Below are positions 1-10,310 of a DNA stretch of 64,000 nucleotides, piece by piece. Under the pieces are notes generated by a model. That model ran no database searches, was not told where the DNA came from, and was given only the letters and a program-made list of their open reading frames with translations. Position 1 is the first letter of the stretch; the number at the start of each line of letters is the position of its first letter. A program made the translations under genes and the position numbers. The DNA is from Setoptus koraiensis (lineage: Eukaryota > Animalia > Arthropoda), in contig CM106586.1 in assembly GCA_048013815.1 (NCBI GenBank), forward strand, positions 23,684,001-23,748,000, in the 5' to 3' direction.

Positions 1-1653
1 TCTAGACATGATAGGTAGAGAGAAAGAGATGTTCGATCTGAGATCTTTTGACGAATCATAAGTGCTTCCGATTGGATTTGCTGCGGCCAAGATGGAGGCA
101 CGAGCATTCAGAGTAGCAGTCACTCCGGCCTTAGTAATACTGATCGTTTGTTGTTCCATGGCTTCATGTATTGCCACTTGGTCTTTTTGGTCCATTTTAT
201 CAAATTCATCTATGCAGCAAATACCACGATCAGCCAACATGAGTGCACCAGCTTCAATAACAAAGCCACCGTCGTTGTCGCGAACAACAGCCGCGGTCAA
301 ACCAGATGCAGTAGAACCTTTACCACTGGTGTAGACCGCTCTCACAGGCGCAAAATCAGCAACAATTTTCAAAAACTGGCTCTTTGCTGTGCTTGGGTCA
401 CCAACAAGACAAATATTTATGTCACCTCTCAAGGCTGTGCCTTCTTTGGATTTTTTTGGAACACCACCGAGAAGTTGGAGTATGATTCCTCTTTTAACGT
501 CTTCACTTCCATAAATAGACCAGAATAGGGATTTGCCAAGGTTGTTGAGTAGATTCTTATCTTCAGACATCTTTTCAATCTTCTTGATATCCATTTCTGT
601 GAACTCAGTTAAATCTGTAGCTGCATGATTGTCATCACGATACGATGGATCTGTGTTGATGGCTGGATAGCTTTGACCCTCAATAATGCATGCATTTGCT
701 AGATAAGCGAGCGAATGGGTCATTTCTTTAACACCTAAAGATTTCAAACCTGTCACTCCACTTTCGCCACTCATTTCAGTGGACACAGTACCGAATGATC
801 CAGACATCATCTGACCGACATCTGGCACCGCTATGAGCGTTCCAATAAAATCACACTGATCTCCGGGTTGAATGCATTCCACTTGATCCGCGCCTCTCAC
901 CACTACATCAAAGCTTCTGGGTATACATCCTCTTGGTAGTTCTGATTGGGTTTCTTGAATTCGCAACTTTTGAAAGTCGGTGAATCTACTTTTTTCCAAC
1001 ACAAGAGTGAATCTTGTTCTATTGGCACAGTGCTCGTTAGCACAAATAGCTGGTTGTGTGTATCGAAACTGTTGCTGGGTATACATTTCAGTTTGGCAGT
1101 CTTTGCATTTGAAGCAACCAACAATAAGCTCTGGATGTACAGTGTGTGTTCGCACCACTTGTCCGCTAACTCTCGTTAATGTGCCTATTTTTTCACATGA
1201 CAACTCTCTGATCTTTTGTCTTTGGGCAAAATTGTAAAAACCAATATAGTAGTCCTTGTTTTTAATTTGAGGCTTATTTAAATCTTTGAGAATTTGTTCG
1301 CGTTCAAAGTCATTGAACGATTCTGACTGACGCAATTTTTCATCCCTAACAAACAAGGCCAAGGCACGACACAAATAGGGGTACATACGATAGAAGTCCT
1401 GAATGATATAATTGGCCAAATCTTGTTCGTAGCCTTCGATATCTTTGAAATCAATAAACAGGCTATTCCTTTCATTGTTGAGCAACTTGAGTGCCTCGTC
1501 GGCATACTTGGGGGGCTGTGGTTCATCCTCTTCAGAGAGCACTCCGTCGTTCGTCCAGACAGAGAGAAAGTCTTTAAAGAGATGCTGAACTTGCAGTGCC
1601 AATTCATCTCTATCGCGGGCCCTCGAACCAAATCGACTCTCGGCAACATCCAT
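1..1653 (-). CDS. MCM6: DNA replication licensing factor MCM6, 3' end runs off the window (absent from the ORF track)
   Basis: Manual minus-strand translation from ATG at 1653 (MDVAESRFG...) is open to base 1. It contains GDINICLVGDPSTAKSQFLK, RAVYTSGKGSTASGLTAAV, GICCIDEFDKMDQKDQVAIHEAMEQQTISITKAG and SLPIMSR. The GDPSTAKSQFLK and DQVAIHEAMEQQTISITKAG variants match MCM6. Confidence 0.9.
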   Translation of the reverse strand, partial: MDVAESRFGSRARDRDELALQVQHLFKDFLSVWTNDGVLSEEDEPQPPKYADEALKLLNNERNSLFIDFKDIEGYEQDLANYIIQDFYRMYPYLCRALALFVRDEKLRQSESFNDFEREQILKDLNKPQIKNKDYYIGFYNFAQRQKIRELSCEKIGTLTRVSGQVVRTHTVHPELIVGCFKCKDCQTEMYTQQQFRYTQPAICANEHCANRTRFTLVLEKSRFTDFQKLRIQETQSELPRGCIPRSFDVVVRGADQVECIQPGDQCDFIGTLIAVPDVGQMMSGSFGTVSTEMSGESGVTGLKSLGVKEMTHSLAYLANACIIEGQSYPAINTDPSYRDDNHAATDLTEFTEMDIKKIEKMSEDKNLLNNLGKSLFWSIYGSEDVKRGIILQLLGGVPKKSKEGTALRGDINICLVGDPSTAKSQFLKIVADFAPVRAVYTSGKGSTASGLTAAVVRDNDGGFVIEAGALMLADRGICCIDEFDKMDQKDQVAIHEAMEQQTISITKAGVTATLNARASILAAANPIGSTYDSSKDLRSNISFSLPIMSR

Positions 1654-2166
1654 TATGGGTGGCAACTAATAGGCACTATGCAACAGGTTGTCGATAATCT
1701 AAAAAATTATTAATAAATATTGGCCAAAATTAGCAGTGTATGTCAATAAATTAAATGTCAGATTGTGTATTATGAGATTAAATGAAAATTAAATATCTCT
1801 GCAATATCTTCTCTTTAATATTGTATTTAAATGGTAATTTTTTGGTAGAGAAAAATTCATCAATTTTACGCGTTCACAATCTGCCCAGATTGCTGAATGA
1901 CGCTTGCAATTTGGCCAGTTTGCAGAATGTACGTTGACAATAAGCAGTGCATTTAAATTTTTTCTTTACTCTACGCCTAGAGCGTCACGAATGTTTTGTC
2001 GATCTGGCCTGCGTGACAACAAAAGAGCTCGTGTGCAGAAGCGCGCCATTTCTTCAGCAGTCGATCGTGAATAACAAACGCGCACGGATGCAGTGGAATT
2101 TATAGTGGAGAATCTATACTAGAGATCCATGTCCGTGGATGAATATTTTTTTCGTTTGAAAACATA

Positions 2167-2245
2167 CAGGGTGCCACAGGTAGGCCAAGTCCACAGCTAC
2201 CCATGAACTTACTGTGCAGCGAGCCCATCTCGGTGGCACACCCTG
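2167..2245. mobile_element. 79-bp miniature inverted-repeat element, Tc1/mariner-like
   Basis: TA|CAGGGTGCCAC...GTGGCACACCCTG|TA: short TIRs (one 2-nt indel) flanked by TA on both sides. CAGGGTG ends with a TA TSD are typical of Tc1/mariner-derived MITEs. Confidence 0.5.
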
Positions 2246-2444
2246 TAAAGACTGAGCGATCAATTTAAACGCTCACCATTCACTCGCCAGTGTGAAGTTT
2301 ACGTATAAATATTTCTAATTCACGAATGAACATTTCTGCAAACAACCGAAAAGTACCGGTGAAAATGTCAATAAACGGAAGCGGTTGATGGTAAATCGCT
2401 GACGGTCTACCAAGATGATATGTTTATTTTCTCTTTGATTATCT

Positions 2445-5120
2445 CTACAACATTTCCTCTTGTATCAATCTGGTCAACTCGAGGAAATCTATGTTCAGGT
2501 GACTGCGCCAAAACTTTCTGATGCGGCCCCAATGCTCTGCTGGATAATTGGGTGTCGATATACCTTGAAAGATTTTGGCGATTGTTCGAGGAGTAAAATC
2601 ACGGCCATGGGCAGATAAAAATGACCTTGTGTCTTTCTGGATGGACTGAATCTCAAAATCCTTAAGGACATTCATTTTTTTCGCATCAGCTTCCATTTTC
2701 TCTTCTTCACTGCTTTTGTTGAGAGATTCATTACCATGTCCATCCGTTTGTTCAAGGTAATCGTCAGCCGCATCCGGATCAAAGTAAATATCGAGTGCCC
2801 TCTTGAGTTTTGCACTCATATTCATTCTCAATGATGCTGATTCATTCATTGTTTTCATATCTATACTATGTTCTAAGAATGTCTGGAAAACTTTGTTTAC
2901 ACGCTCCCTCTCAAAGTGTTCATAGTTCCGCGTATGCTCGTAGAGATGCTGATTGATCTCTTCTCTTTCTTCCTCACTAATGTCTCCAACAGCTTGTAGA
3001 TGAAAGGAATTACCTTCGAAGTTGACTCGTATCTGTGATCTTCTAAATTTTCCTGTTGTCGTATTATACTCCCATTCGGACTCTTTCAACATTCGAGCGA
3101 CTTCTGCTGAAGGCTTGCCTATTTTGGCTGCTATATTAATCATGTCAAATGACAATTTGTTCGGGGTTTCTCCCTTCTCACCTAAGGTCTTTATATTTTC
3201 TTGTCGATGCAAAAGCAAAGCGGCTCTGACTGGTATGCAATTTTTGGCCAACTTTTCCATTTGTGCTTTCCCGTGATAACACAACAGATTACAAGTAGAT
3301 CTTGATGGATTGAATTGCTTGATCTTCAACTGGGGATATGATTGTTCTAGCTCACATATGAGTGTCATAATAGATTCGGCACGCAAATTGATATCGCTAA
3401 CTGCATAATCGATTGAAAAGCTTACTTCATGACCTTGGCAGGATCTGTGAACACGAACTTTTGAGGGGACTTTCGTTTCACATGTCTCGGTCTGATTTTC
3501 ATCTTCTGTTGTTGAGCTACTCTTTGAAGTTTGGAGCAGATATGAAGGTTCCTTGTCGTTCAGTTCCTTCAGTCTGACAATTTCCTCTTCGTTTGCTAAT
3601 TGAGCGCATCTGCAAGGTCTAAATATCATTTCCGTAAGTTTTCTCAAACATTTTCTTTCAGTGGTGCTTGCATATATGTTACGTTGTTGATAGTATAAGT
3701 CTGTTTTGTCTGCTCGTAGAAACATGTGACATTGTGCCGGCTCTCCGTCTCTACCAGCTCGCCCGACTTCTTGAATATAACCCTCAAAGCTTGATGGCAT
3801 ATCATAATGTATGATGGCTCGAACATTCGCCTTGTTTATACCCATTCCAAATGCTACCGTGGCACACACAACTCTCAGCTCACCTTTAATAAATTGACGT
3901 TGGATGCGTTTCCTGGCATCAGTGCCCATTCCAGCATGATATGCCTCAGCATGCCAGGTTAACTTCATAACAGCTGCATTCTGGTGATTTTCATCGGAGC
4001 CCTCTTTGTTTTTGCGACCAGGAACCGGGACGGTAGTGGAGAAGTTTTGCATCGCAGTGCGTACCCTCATTGCAACATGCTCTGTATCTTCTCTTCTGTT
4101 GCAATATATGATTACGGAAGTCAAGTCACGAAACTCGGGAGTTTTGAGCATGTCAATCAATGCTTTGTCTTTGTTATTCTCACAGGATGCTGAAAGTATC
4201 AAATTGCTTGGAACTCTAGTTGAGCCTACAACATCCAAGTCCGCATCAATACCTAAATTTCTAGAGATTGCTTTGGAAATGGACTTTGTGGCAGTGGCAG
4301 TCAATCCGAGATAAGTTTTCACCCCCATTTGATCGTTGAGAATCTTTAAAAATTGTAAATACGATGGTCTAAAGTTGTGAGACCATTCACTCAGACAATG
4401 TGCCTCATCAACACACACAAATCCAATGGGTGGAAGATTTTTCAAATCGTCCATGTCTAATGCACCTCCGACGATTGCTTCTGGACTGATAAAAGCGACT
4501 TGTGCCTCGCCAGCTACAAGTTGATCAATAGACCGACGTCTTTGAGCTTTCTGTAGACCCGAATGCAGCGAAACCGCTTTTAGTGAAGTGGGAAATGAGC
4601 TCATCTGATCCTCCATAAGAGAGATAAGCGGTGACACCACTATTGTGATATAGCGACAATATCTCCAGTTGATGAGAGCGGGTAGTTGGTAACATAACGA
4701 TTTACCCGACCCTGTGGGTGATATAAATAGTGTGGAACGTCCAAATAGAATACGTTTAATGGCTAACAATTGAAATGGGCGAAAAGATTTGAATTTCAAC
4801 TCTGCCAAGGCGTCATTGATTTTAGTTTCATCATAGTTGTCTTCATTAAAGATCGGTCTAACGGTGTCTTGAGTCAAGGCTATGAGCTCCTTTCTATTTT
4901 TACCATCATCCAAAAAACTGAGATCAGGCAAATCTAGCTCTTCATTGTCTCCTCCTAGCTCTTCTTCGTCATCTGTGAAATCGAACACATCATTTTTCTT
5001 AAAATTCTCTGGATTGTCTTTAATATATTTGGGTGTGCGCTTATATCTTTTGAAATTTCCATATTTTCCTTTGGAGAAACATTTCCTTTTCAGATTGATC
5101 TTCTTGAAGTTAGTTGACAT
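2445..5120 (-). CDS. RECQL4: RecQ4 (RECQL4-type) ATP-dependent DNA helicase, 891 aa
   Basis: Motifs FRPFQ, SPTGSGKSLCYQLPA, VVSPLISLMEDQ, CVDEAHCLSEWSHNFRPSY, ATVAFGMGINK and YIQEVGRAGRDG. The C-terminal FTPRTIAKIFQGISTPNYPAEHWG...FWR matches the RECQL4 C-terminus. Confidence 0.9.
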   Translation of the reverse strand: MSTNFKKINLKRKCFSKGKYGNFKRYKRTPKYIKDNPENFKKNDVFDFTDDEEELGGDNEELDLPDLSFLDDGKNRKELIALTQDTVRPIFNEDNYDETKINDALAELKFKSFRPFQLLAIKRILFGRSTLFISPTGSGKSLCYQLPALINWRYCRYITIVVSPLISLMEDQMSSFPTSLKAVSLHSGLQKAQRRRSIDQLVAGEAQVAFISPEAIVGGALDMDDLKNLPPIGFVCVDEAHCLSEWSHNFRPSYLQFLKILNDQMGVKTYLGLTATATKSISKAISRNLGIDADLDVVGSTRVPSNLILSASCENNKDKALIDMLKTPEFRDLTSVIIYCNRREDTEHVAMRVRTAMQNFSTTVPVPGRKNKEGSDENHQNAAVMKLTWHAEAYHAGMGTDARKRIQRQFIKGELRVVCATVAFGMGINKANVRAIIHYDMPSSFEGYIQEVGRAGRDGEPAQCHMFLRADKTDLYYQQRNIYASTTERKCLRKLTEMIFRPCRCAQLANEEEIVRLKELNDKEPSYLLQTSKSSSTTEDENQTETCETKVPSKVRVHRSCQGHEVSFSIDYAVSDINLRAESIMTLICELEQSYPQLKIKQFNPSRSTCNLLCYHGKAQMEKLAKNCIPVRAALLLHRQENIKTLGEKGETPNKLSFDMINIAAKIGKPSAEVARMLKESEWEYNTTTGKFRRSQIRVNFEGNSFHLQAVGDISEEEREEINQHLYEHTRNYEHFERERVNKVFQTFLEHSIDMKTMNESASLRMNMSAKLKRALDIYFDPDAADDYLEQTDGHGNESLNKSSEEEKMEADAKKMNVLKDFEIQSIQKDTRSFLSAHGRDFTPRTIAKIFQGISTPNYPAEHWGRIRKFWRSHLNIDFLELTRLIQEEML

Positions 5121-6444
5121 TCTTTTGAACTAGATCGGTGTGATAATAAACAGCGTTGATGTTTCGTTTGGCATGAGAGGTGCCGACAGTTACATTAGAC
5201 TACTAGAGTTGAAAGTAATGAAACGAATCGATAAAATTTTAATAATAAAAATAATTAAACATGAATCGTGTCCGCAACAGTGACAAGTCATTGGGTTCAT
5301 TGGCAATCGACCGGAGACAGCAACACGATGGAATGGTTGTCAACAAAGCGTTCTTTGTTATTTTCGCGCCTTTTCACGAAACTGTAGAAGAGACGCCAAC
5401 AAACAGCTCTAACGCAAGTTCTTTACATGCAGCAAATTTAAAAGTGATTCGAGATGATACGGTCAAAACATACACATGTACAGTTCCCCCACCAACATTA
5501 GCGTTCCGCTATAACTATACTAAAAGTTCGGTCTAGGTGAACTCTCTTTGTTGAATCTATCTCCATCCTTACGTTACATTGCCACAGCATTACAGTGAAG
5601 GTCAGGTGAACATATGATACTCTAAGATGTTTCGAAACATTGTCTAGTGCACTCGACAGATAATATGCTGCAAGCATGAATGTTTTGTTGGTTTAACCAA
5701 CTTGGTTATTATTGAAATATAAAATCGGCTTCATCTTATTGTCTGTCTAACCACTACCAAACGGTGTTGAGGCATGAATAATGGACAACAATATTCACCT
5801 GTGATCTTTGAATTGGCTGACACCGATTCTGTGCTAACGTGCTTTTGCTGTGCGAGTATAAACATGCGGAAAATCACATGATCGAAAAAAACAAAAGGAA
5901 CTAACACAACGTAAATGTAACAACCTCGATAATAATCGACCGGCATAAACATTAATTTATTTTATAATTGTCCTATGCATCATGAACACAAATACTCATA
6001 TCATGTGTATCATCATCTCTTACGTTGTCGATTGAAATTACAGATTATCATCAGCGATATCAATCACATTGCACGCCCCCTTGGAGAGAGGCACGAAACT
6101 AAGAACATGGACATTGGCGGAGATGAATTCTTTTGGAATCAAAACATTAGCTTGATTTATCTTGGTCCGTTTTCTTACTCCCTTGAAGACCATATTTGAC
6201 AGTGATAAATCCCAACGAATAACGAAAGCGATAACTATTCAATTATAAAAACAAGGAAACATATCAATTAAAAGAAATTATTACAAATACATATTCAGTA
6301 GGTTGATAAGCAACAGCTTATACTCAGTAAATAATTCAAGGCAAGATCGACACATTACAATAATAGGCGATAACATAATAATCAATATCAAGGATCAAAA
6401 CTCTTCGAGCAGTTGGTTGGCACTCAAATGATAGATGATCAACC

Positions 6445-8295
6445 ATGGACACTAGTCAACAGAAGCCATTAGTTACAATATCCGGCAAAAAGACGCTGTT
6501 CAAAGAGGAACTAAACCAGAGAATTACAAATGATTTGTCTCAAGAGGGCATAGAATGGAGGCGGCAGTTGTCCAAGAATTCCAAGACCGTCTACATCGAT
6601 GTGGATTTTGTTGATTTTGATGTTGACAATGTCGAACGTGAGAGAAATCGGCTAACCAAACTGAAACTGATAGACGATGTCAGTGAACCAAGTAAAACCA
6701 AATCTCCCGACTTAGATCCAGATGGCGATCAAGATAAGCATAAAGACATACCAGCAGACTCTAAGCAATCGATCAGCGAGGTATTCTTTAATAGCAAATT
6801 ACTCGGACATCCTATACTTCATACTTTCTGGACAGATAGTTCAGATTTTGAGAGTGACACCTACAAGTCACAATTCGATGAGTGGATAGGACAAGTGCAA
6901 GCATCTAACTGTACAGAATGGGCCATTGTAGTCATAGATGATGGTGATAGAGGTCAAGTAGGTCCAGCGATGTTCAAATCCAAACTCCAGTCCACCCCTC
7001 ACTCAAGTAATCAACATGCCAGTTCGACTTCGGGATCTTCACAAAGTACCTCTCTGCTCGAAAGATTGAAAACTGGCCTATCTACAATGTTCCAAAGTGA
7101 CTCCAACTCAGAAAGGTGGCTTAGTCTTCTTGAGCAATCAGGAACTATAGACGCCAAAGCTCAAGATTCATATAACAACTTTATAAAAAGATTGCGCAAT
7201 CTTATACTGGCTTCATTTTCCAAACACATAGAATTATTTGAAGAACAACTCCGAGTTCAGCGAGAAATGCGCACCCTCAAAGATTGGAACTTCTTCAGTT
7301 ATTTTATCACTCAAGAAGAGTTGGCATTTGCCTTTGAATTTCTGACATTATTCGACGATGCTCTGGTTCAATACGATCTTTTGGACGCACTCTTTAGTGA
7401 CCTGATATCGAGCCCAGAGATACTCGAGGAATCATGGGTCAAACCACTGATGACTTTCAATAATTGGAATGGACTCTGCCTAGATTCCACTAACGAACAT
7501 ACCGCAAAGTTACGTCAAAGAATAGTTGATAAAAAAGCCTCGTTGTTAGATTTGAGGAATTATCTATTTTCTAGACAATGTGATTTGATGCTTTTACAAA
7601 ATCAACCCTGGAAAGTTGCCGCTTCGACACTACCATTCTTACACACTTGCGTGAGAGAACATGAGTTGCTAGAGATAGAGACAGTACCTGGAGGCCTTAT
7701 TTGTTGGGTATTCACGAGCGCATTAGAAGTTCTTCAAAAATGCGAATGCTACAGTTGTACTTCGCAAATGGAAAATTACTCTTTCCATACTGTCGACATA
7801 TGGAATTATTCTAGATTGAAACTGATGGAACTCGGAACAATTTGTCATTTAATGCCCAAAATGGAGTTTGGTTCTGAAGGACTGCATCATGTTGTCAGCC
7901 TCATTAGTGGAATGGGTATAGATCCTCATGGCGGTCGTAGTATTTCAAATGAGAGCACTGACGTGAGTCCACAAGCAAGGCTCAAGAACGCTTTGGCAGG
8001 CCAAGAGCAATTTTTAAAGCAACTTGTCGAGATATCTGAACTGACTATGGGCACCTACAAGCATATAGGCCGGAAACGACATGCTTTACTCGTCGGAAAA
8101 GAGCTAGCAGATTTGTATATCAAGATGGATCGCTCATTGCAAGCGCTCCCGTTTCTCTTGGATCTTGAAAAGGCTGTGGAGTCTGAAAAATGGCCCGTGC
8201 TCCTTGATGATGCCAAAAAAAGACTCAACCTGTGCAACAGTTCAATAACAGTAGAGAATAGATCCTCAACTGAGTTCGAAAAAAACTCCGGTTAG
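6445..8295 (+). CDS. TRAPPC10: Trafficking protein particle complex subunit 10 (Trs130/TMEM1), N-terminal half only, 616 aa
   Basis: KPLVTISG...IEWRRQ, WNFFSYFITQEELAFAFEFLTLFDDALVQYD, ASLLDLRNYLFSRQC and TYKHIGRKRHA...LADLY match remembered TRAPPC10 blocks. Confidence 0.8.
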   Translation: MDTSQQKPLVTISGKKTLFKEELNQRITNDLSQEGIEWRRQLSKNSKTVYIDVDFVDFDVDNVERERNRLTKLKLIDDVSEPSKTKSPDLDPDGDQDKHKDIPADSKQSISEVFFNSKLLGHPILHTFWTDSSDFESDTYKSQFDEWIGQVQASNCTEWAIVVIDDGDRGQVGPAMFKSKLQSTPHSSNQHASSTSGSSQSTSLLERLKTGLSTMFQSDSNSERWLSLLEQSGTIDAKAQDSYNNFIKRLRNLILASFSKHIELFEEQLRVQREMRTLKDWNFFSYFITQEELAFAFEFLTLFDDALVQYDLLDALFSDLISSPEILEESWVKPLMTFNNWNGLCLDSTNEHTAKLRQRIVDKKASLLDLRNYLFSRQCDLMLLQNQPWKVAASTLPFLHTCVREHELLEIETVPGGLICWVFTSALEVLQKCECYSCTSQMENYSFHTVDIWNYSRLKLMELGTICHLMPKMEFGSEGLHHVVSLISGMGIDPHGGRSISNESTDVSPQARLKNALAGQEQFLKQLVEISELTMGTYKHIGRKRHALLVGKELADLYIKMDRSLQALPFLLDLEKAVESEKWPVLLDDAKKRLNLCNSSITVENRSSTEFEKNSG

Positions 8296-8473
8296 AACAT
8301 TTTATTCGTGCAATGAGTTTATCGCAAGGCACAATACAGTGAATAAGAGGTTGTGAATCCGCTCACTTTTAGAGACAACTAAAGAGTAATAATTATAAAA
8401 AAGGTTTATTGTATTTTTTAACAAGAGTATTTTGATAAATAATTTGTTACTATTATTCCTAAGATATAACGTT

Positions 8474-9137
8474 TCAGATGGCGGTGCGTTTCATTAATCT
8501 ATGACGATGCCTGCTGCGTCTCTTATTTGCTGCAACATAGAGTTTGCTGGAACCTGAGATTAGTTTGCCGGCTCTTGAGGCCCAGTTTCTGAATTCTTTT
8601 CTTGTAGGCAAATATACAGGCTGGAAGCCATTTACTTGTAGTTTTCTGTGATGAATTGGAGGTGGTTCGGTGGTGGTCGTGACCTCAAATTCATAGTCAC
8701 TGAATGGTTGCAGAGTGGCACTAACGGTGGCGACAGTTGACGAAGCGACTATTCCAATGTCACCTTTTGTTGTATTCAAGGGATCTATTATAGCTTGCGT
8801 TACTGTAAGTTGCAAAAGATCGGCGTTATTTTGTGTCTGATTGGTTAGAGTGCTCAAAGGGCTAAGAGTAGAGGAGTTCGATGCCAATTGTAACTCATCT
8901 AATTTCACGAGAGTTACGTCGTCTGTAGATATAAGGATAGTGTCAAAAGAAAGGAAGAAACTTGTTAATATTTTATTCCTTCACACATTGATTTGAGAAA
9001 AAGAGGAGATGAAGAATTGTTTTTAACTTACTTGTTACTATGTCGACTATGGGAAGACCATTTGCGCCATTGGGTATTGTCAATATATAGAGAGACAAAA
9101 TAATTATCATGATGATTTCCGTTAGACCTGAAGCCAT
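8474..9137 (-). CDS. Orphan secreted protein, 2 exons (9137-9032, 8922-8474), 184 aa
   Basis: Exon 1 encodes MASGLTEIIMIIILSLYILTIPNGANGLPIVDIVT (signal-peptide-like). A GTAAGT...CTACAG intron (9031-8923) joins it in phase to the 144-aa ORF, which is Ser/Thr-rich with a basic C-terminus. Confidence 0.6.
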
Positions 9138-10310
9138 TGTATAGGGTTTGAAAGTTGGGCGTGTTTCTTGGCTGGAAAGTTTGTGCTTACAATTTGAAAT
9201 CCAATGAATGCAACGAATGTCGATAGAATGTTGCGATTTATATACCTTATTTGAACATCGATGGTCAATGAAGTGTCCTCAACCGGAATATAAGCAACCA
9301 ACAAAAATTGACACTGCGACATGACTAACTGGACAAAGCAGTTAGTATGTAAGCACTTAAGTAATAACGATAGTGACGACAGTTATGATGATGATGACAG
9401 CAACAGTGTAGCGCTGCTGCACACCAAGATTTTAATCTTCTAAACCGCTTCGGAACCGGTTCGTATGACATTCTGCGACAATCTAACGGAATCTGGTTCC
9501 AATTAGCTATAAGCGTCGATTGTTGAGAGTGGCGCCAAGAGAGCGCTTTATGTGTGCTGGCTAGTTGGTTATGATAACATGACAATACATGATTTTGTCC
9601 GACGTAGGTCAACAACAACAAGGGAATGTGACGAAAGGTAAATTTATCAACATACAAGAGTGAACCTGTACAAACAAGATGATATTCTTGTCCACAGGTC
9701 AGGAGAAGGGAGATAACAATATGGGAGACTTGGAAAAATAAACAACAACAACTACGGGTCATCATTATGCTAATGGCTAGTGGTGGAACAGAAAAGCTTG
9801 CTCAAAAAGCGCACAGTAAATTGGATGAGTAATCTGTGCGGCCAACTCATTACGGGTGCCGACAAGCAACTGTCATGCTTTAGTGAATCACCCATACACC
9901 ATCTGATATCAAGTCAAATATCTAGCATCTTTCTTGAATTTGTATATCAATAGAATAAATTATAGAAATTTCTCTGTAATATTTACAACAATAATTGAAT
10001 TGTTATTACAAGCACCCAGATATCTCAGCTGAACAACATAAACCGGCCGGTCATACATAGCAAGTAAAAGCAGATGATCGAAGCGGCCAGTTAGGCGGAC
10101 AACAACAACAACACCTGTATCATCATAGATTAGATTGATTTATTCTTTAACATATCGATCCATGAGCTGATGACGAGCTGGTTTATCCAAGTTCTACCAC
10201 TAATTAAAAATTACATCCATCACATATATAGATAGCAATCAGCCATTGATCAGATAATATTATTGATAATTTACATCCACAGCAGTTGACGTGACATCTC
10301 ACAATAGAGG

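Noticed and set aside
5121-6444. Possible small spliced gene(s) between RECQL4 and TRAPPC10
   Set aside because: Splice-like signals exist, but I could not assemble a recognisable or convincing product.
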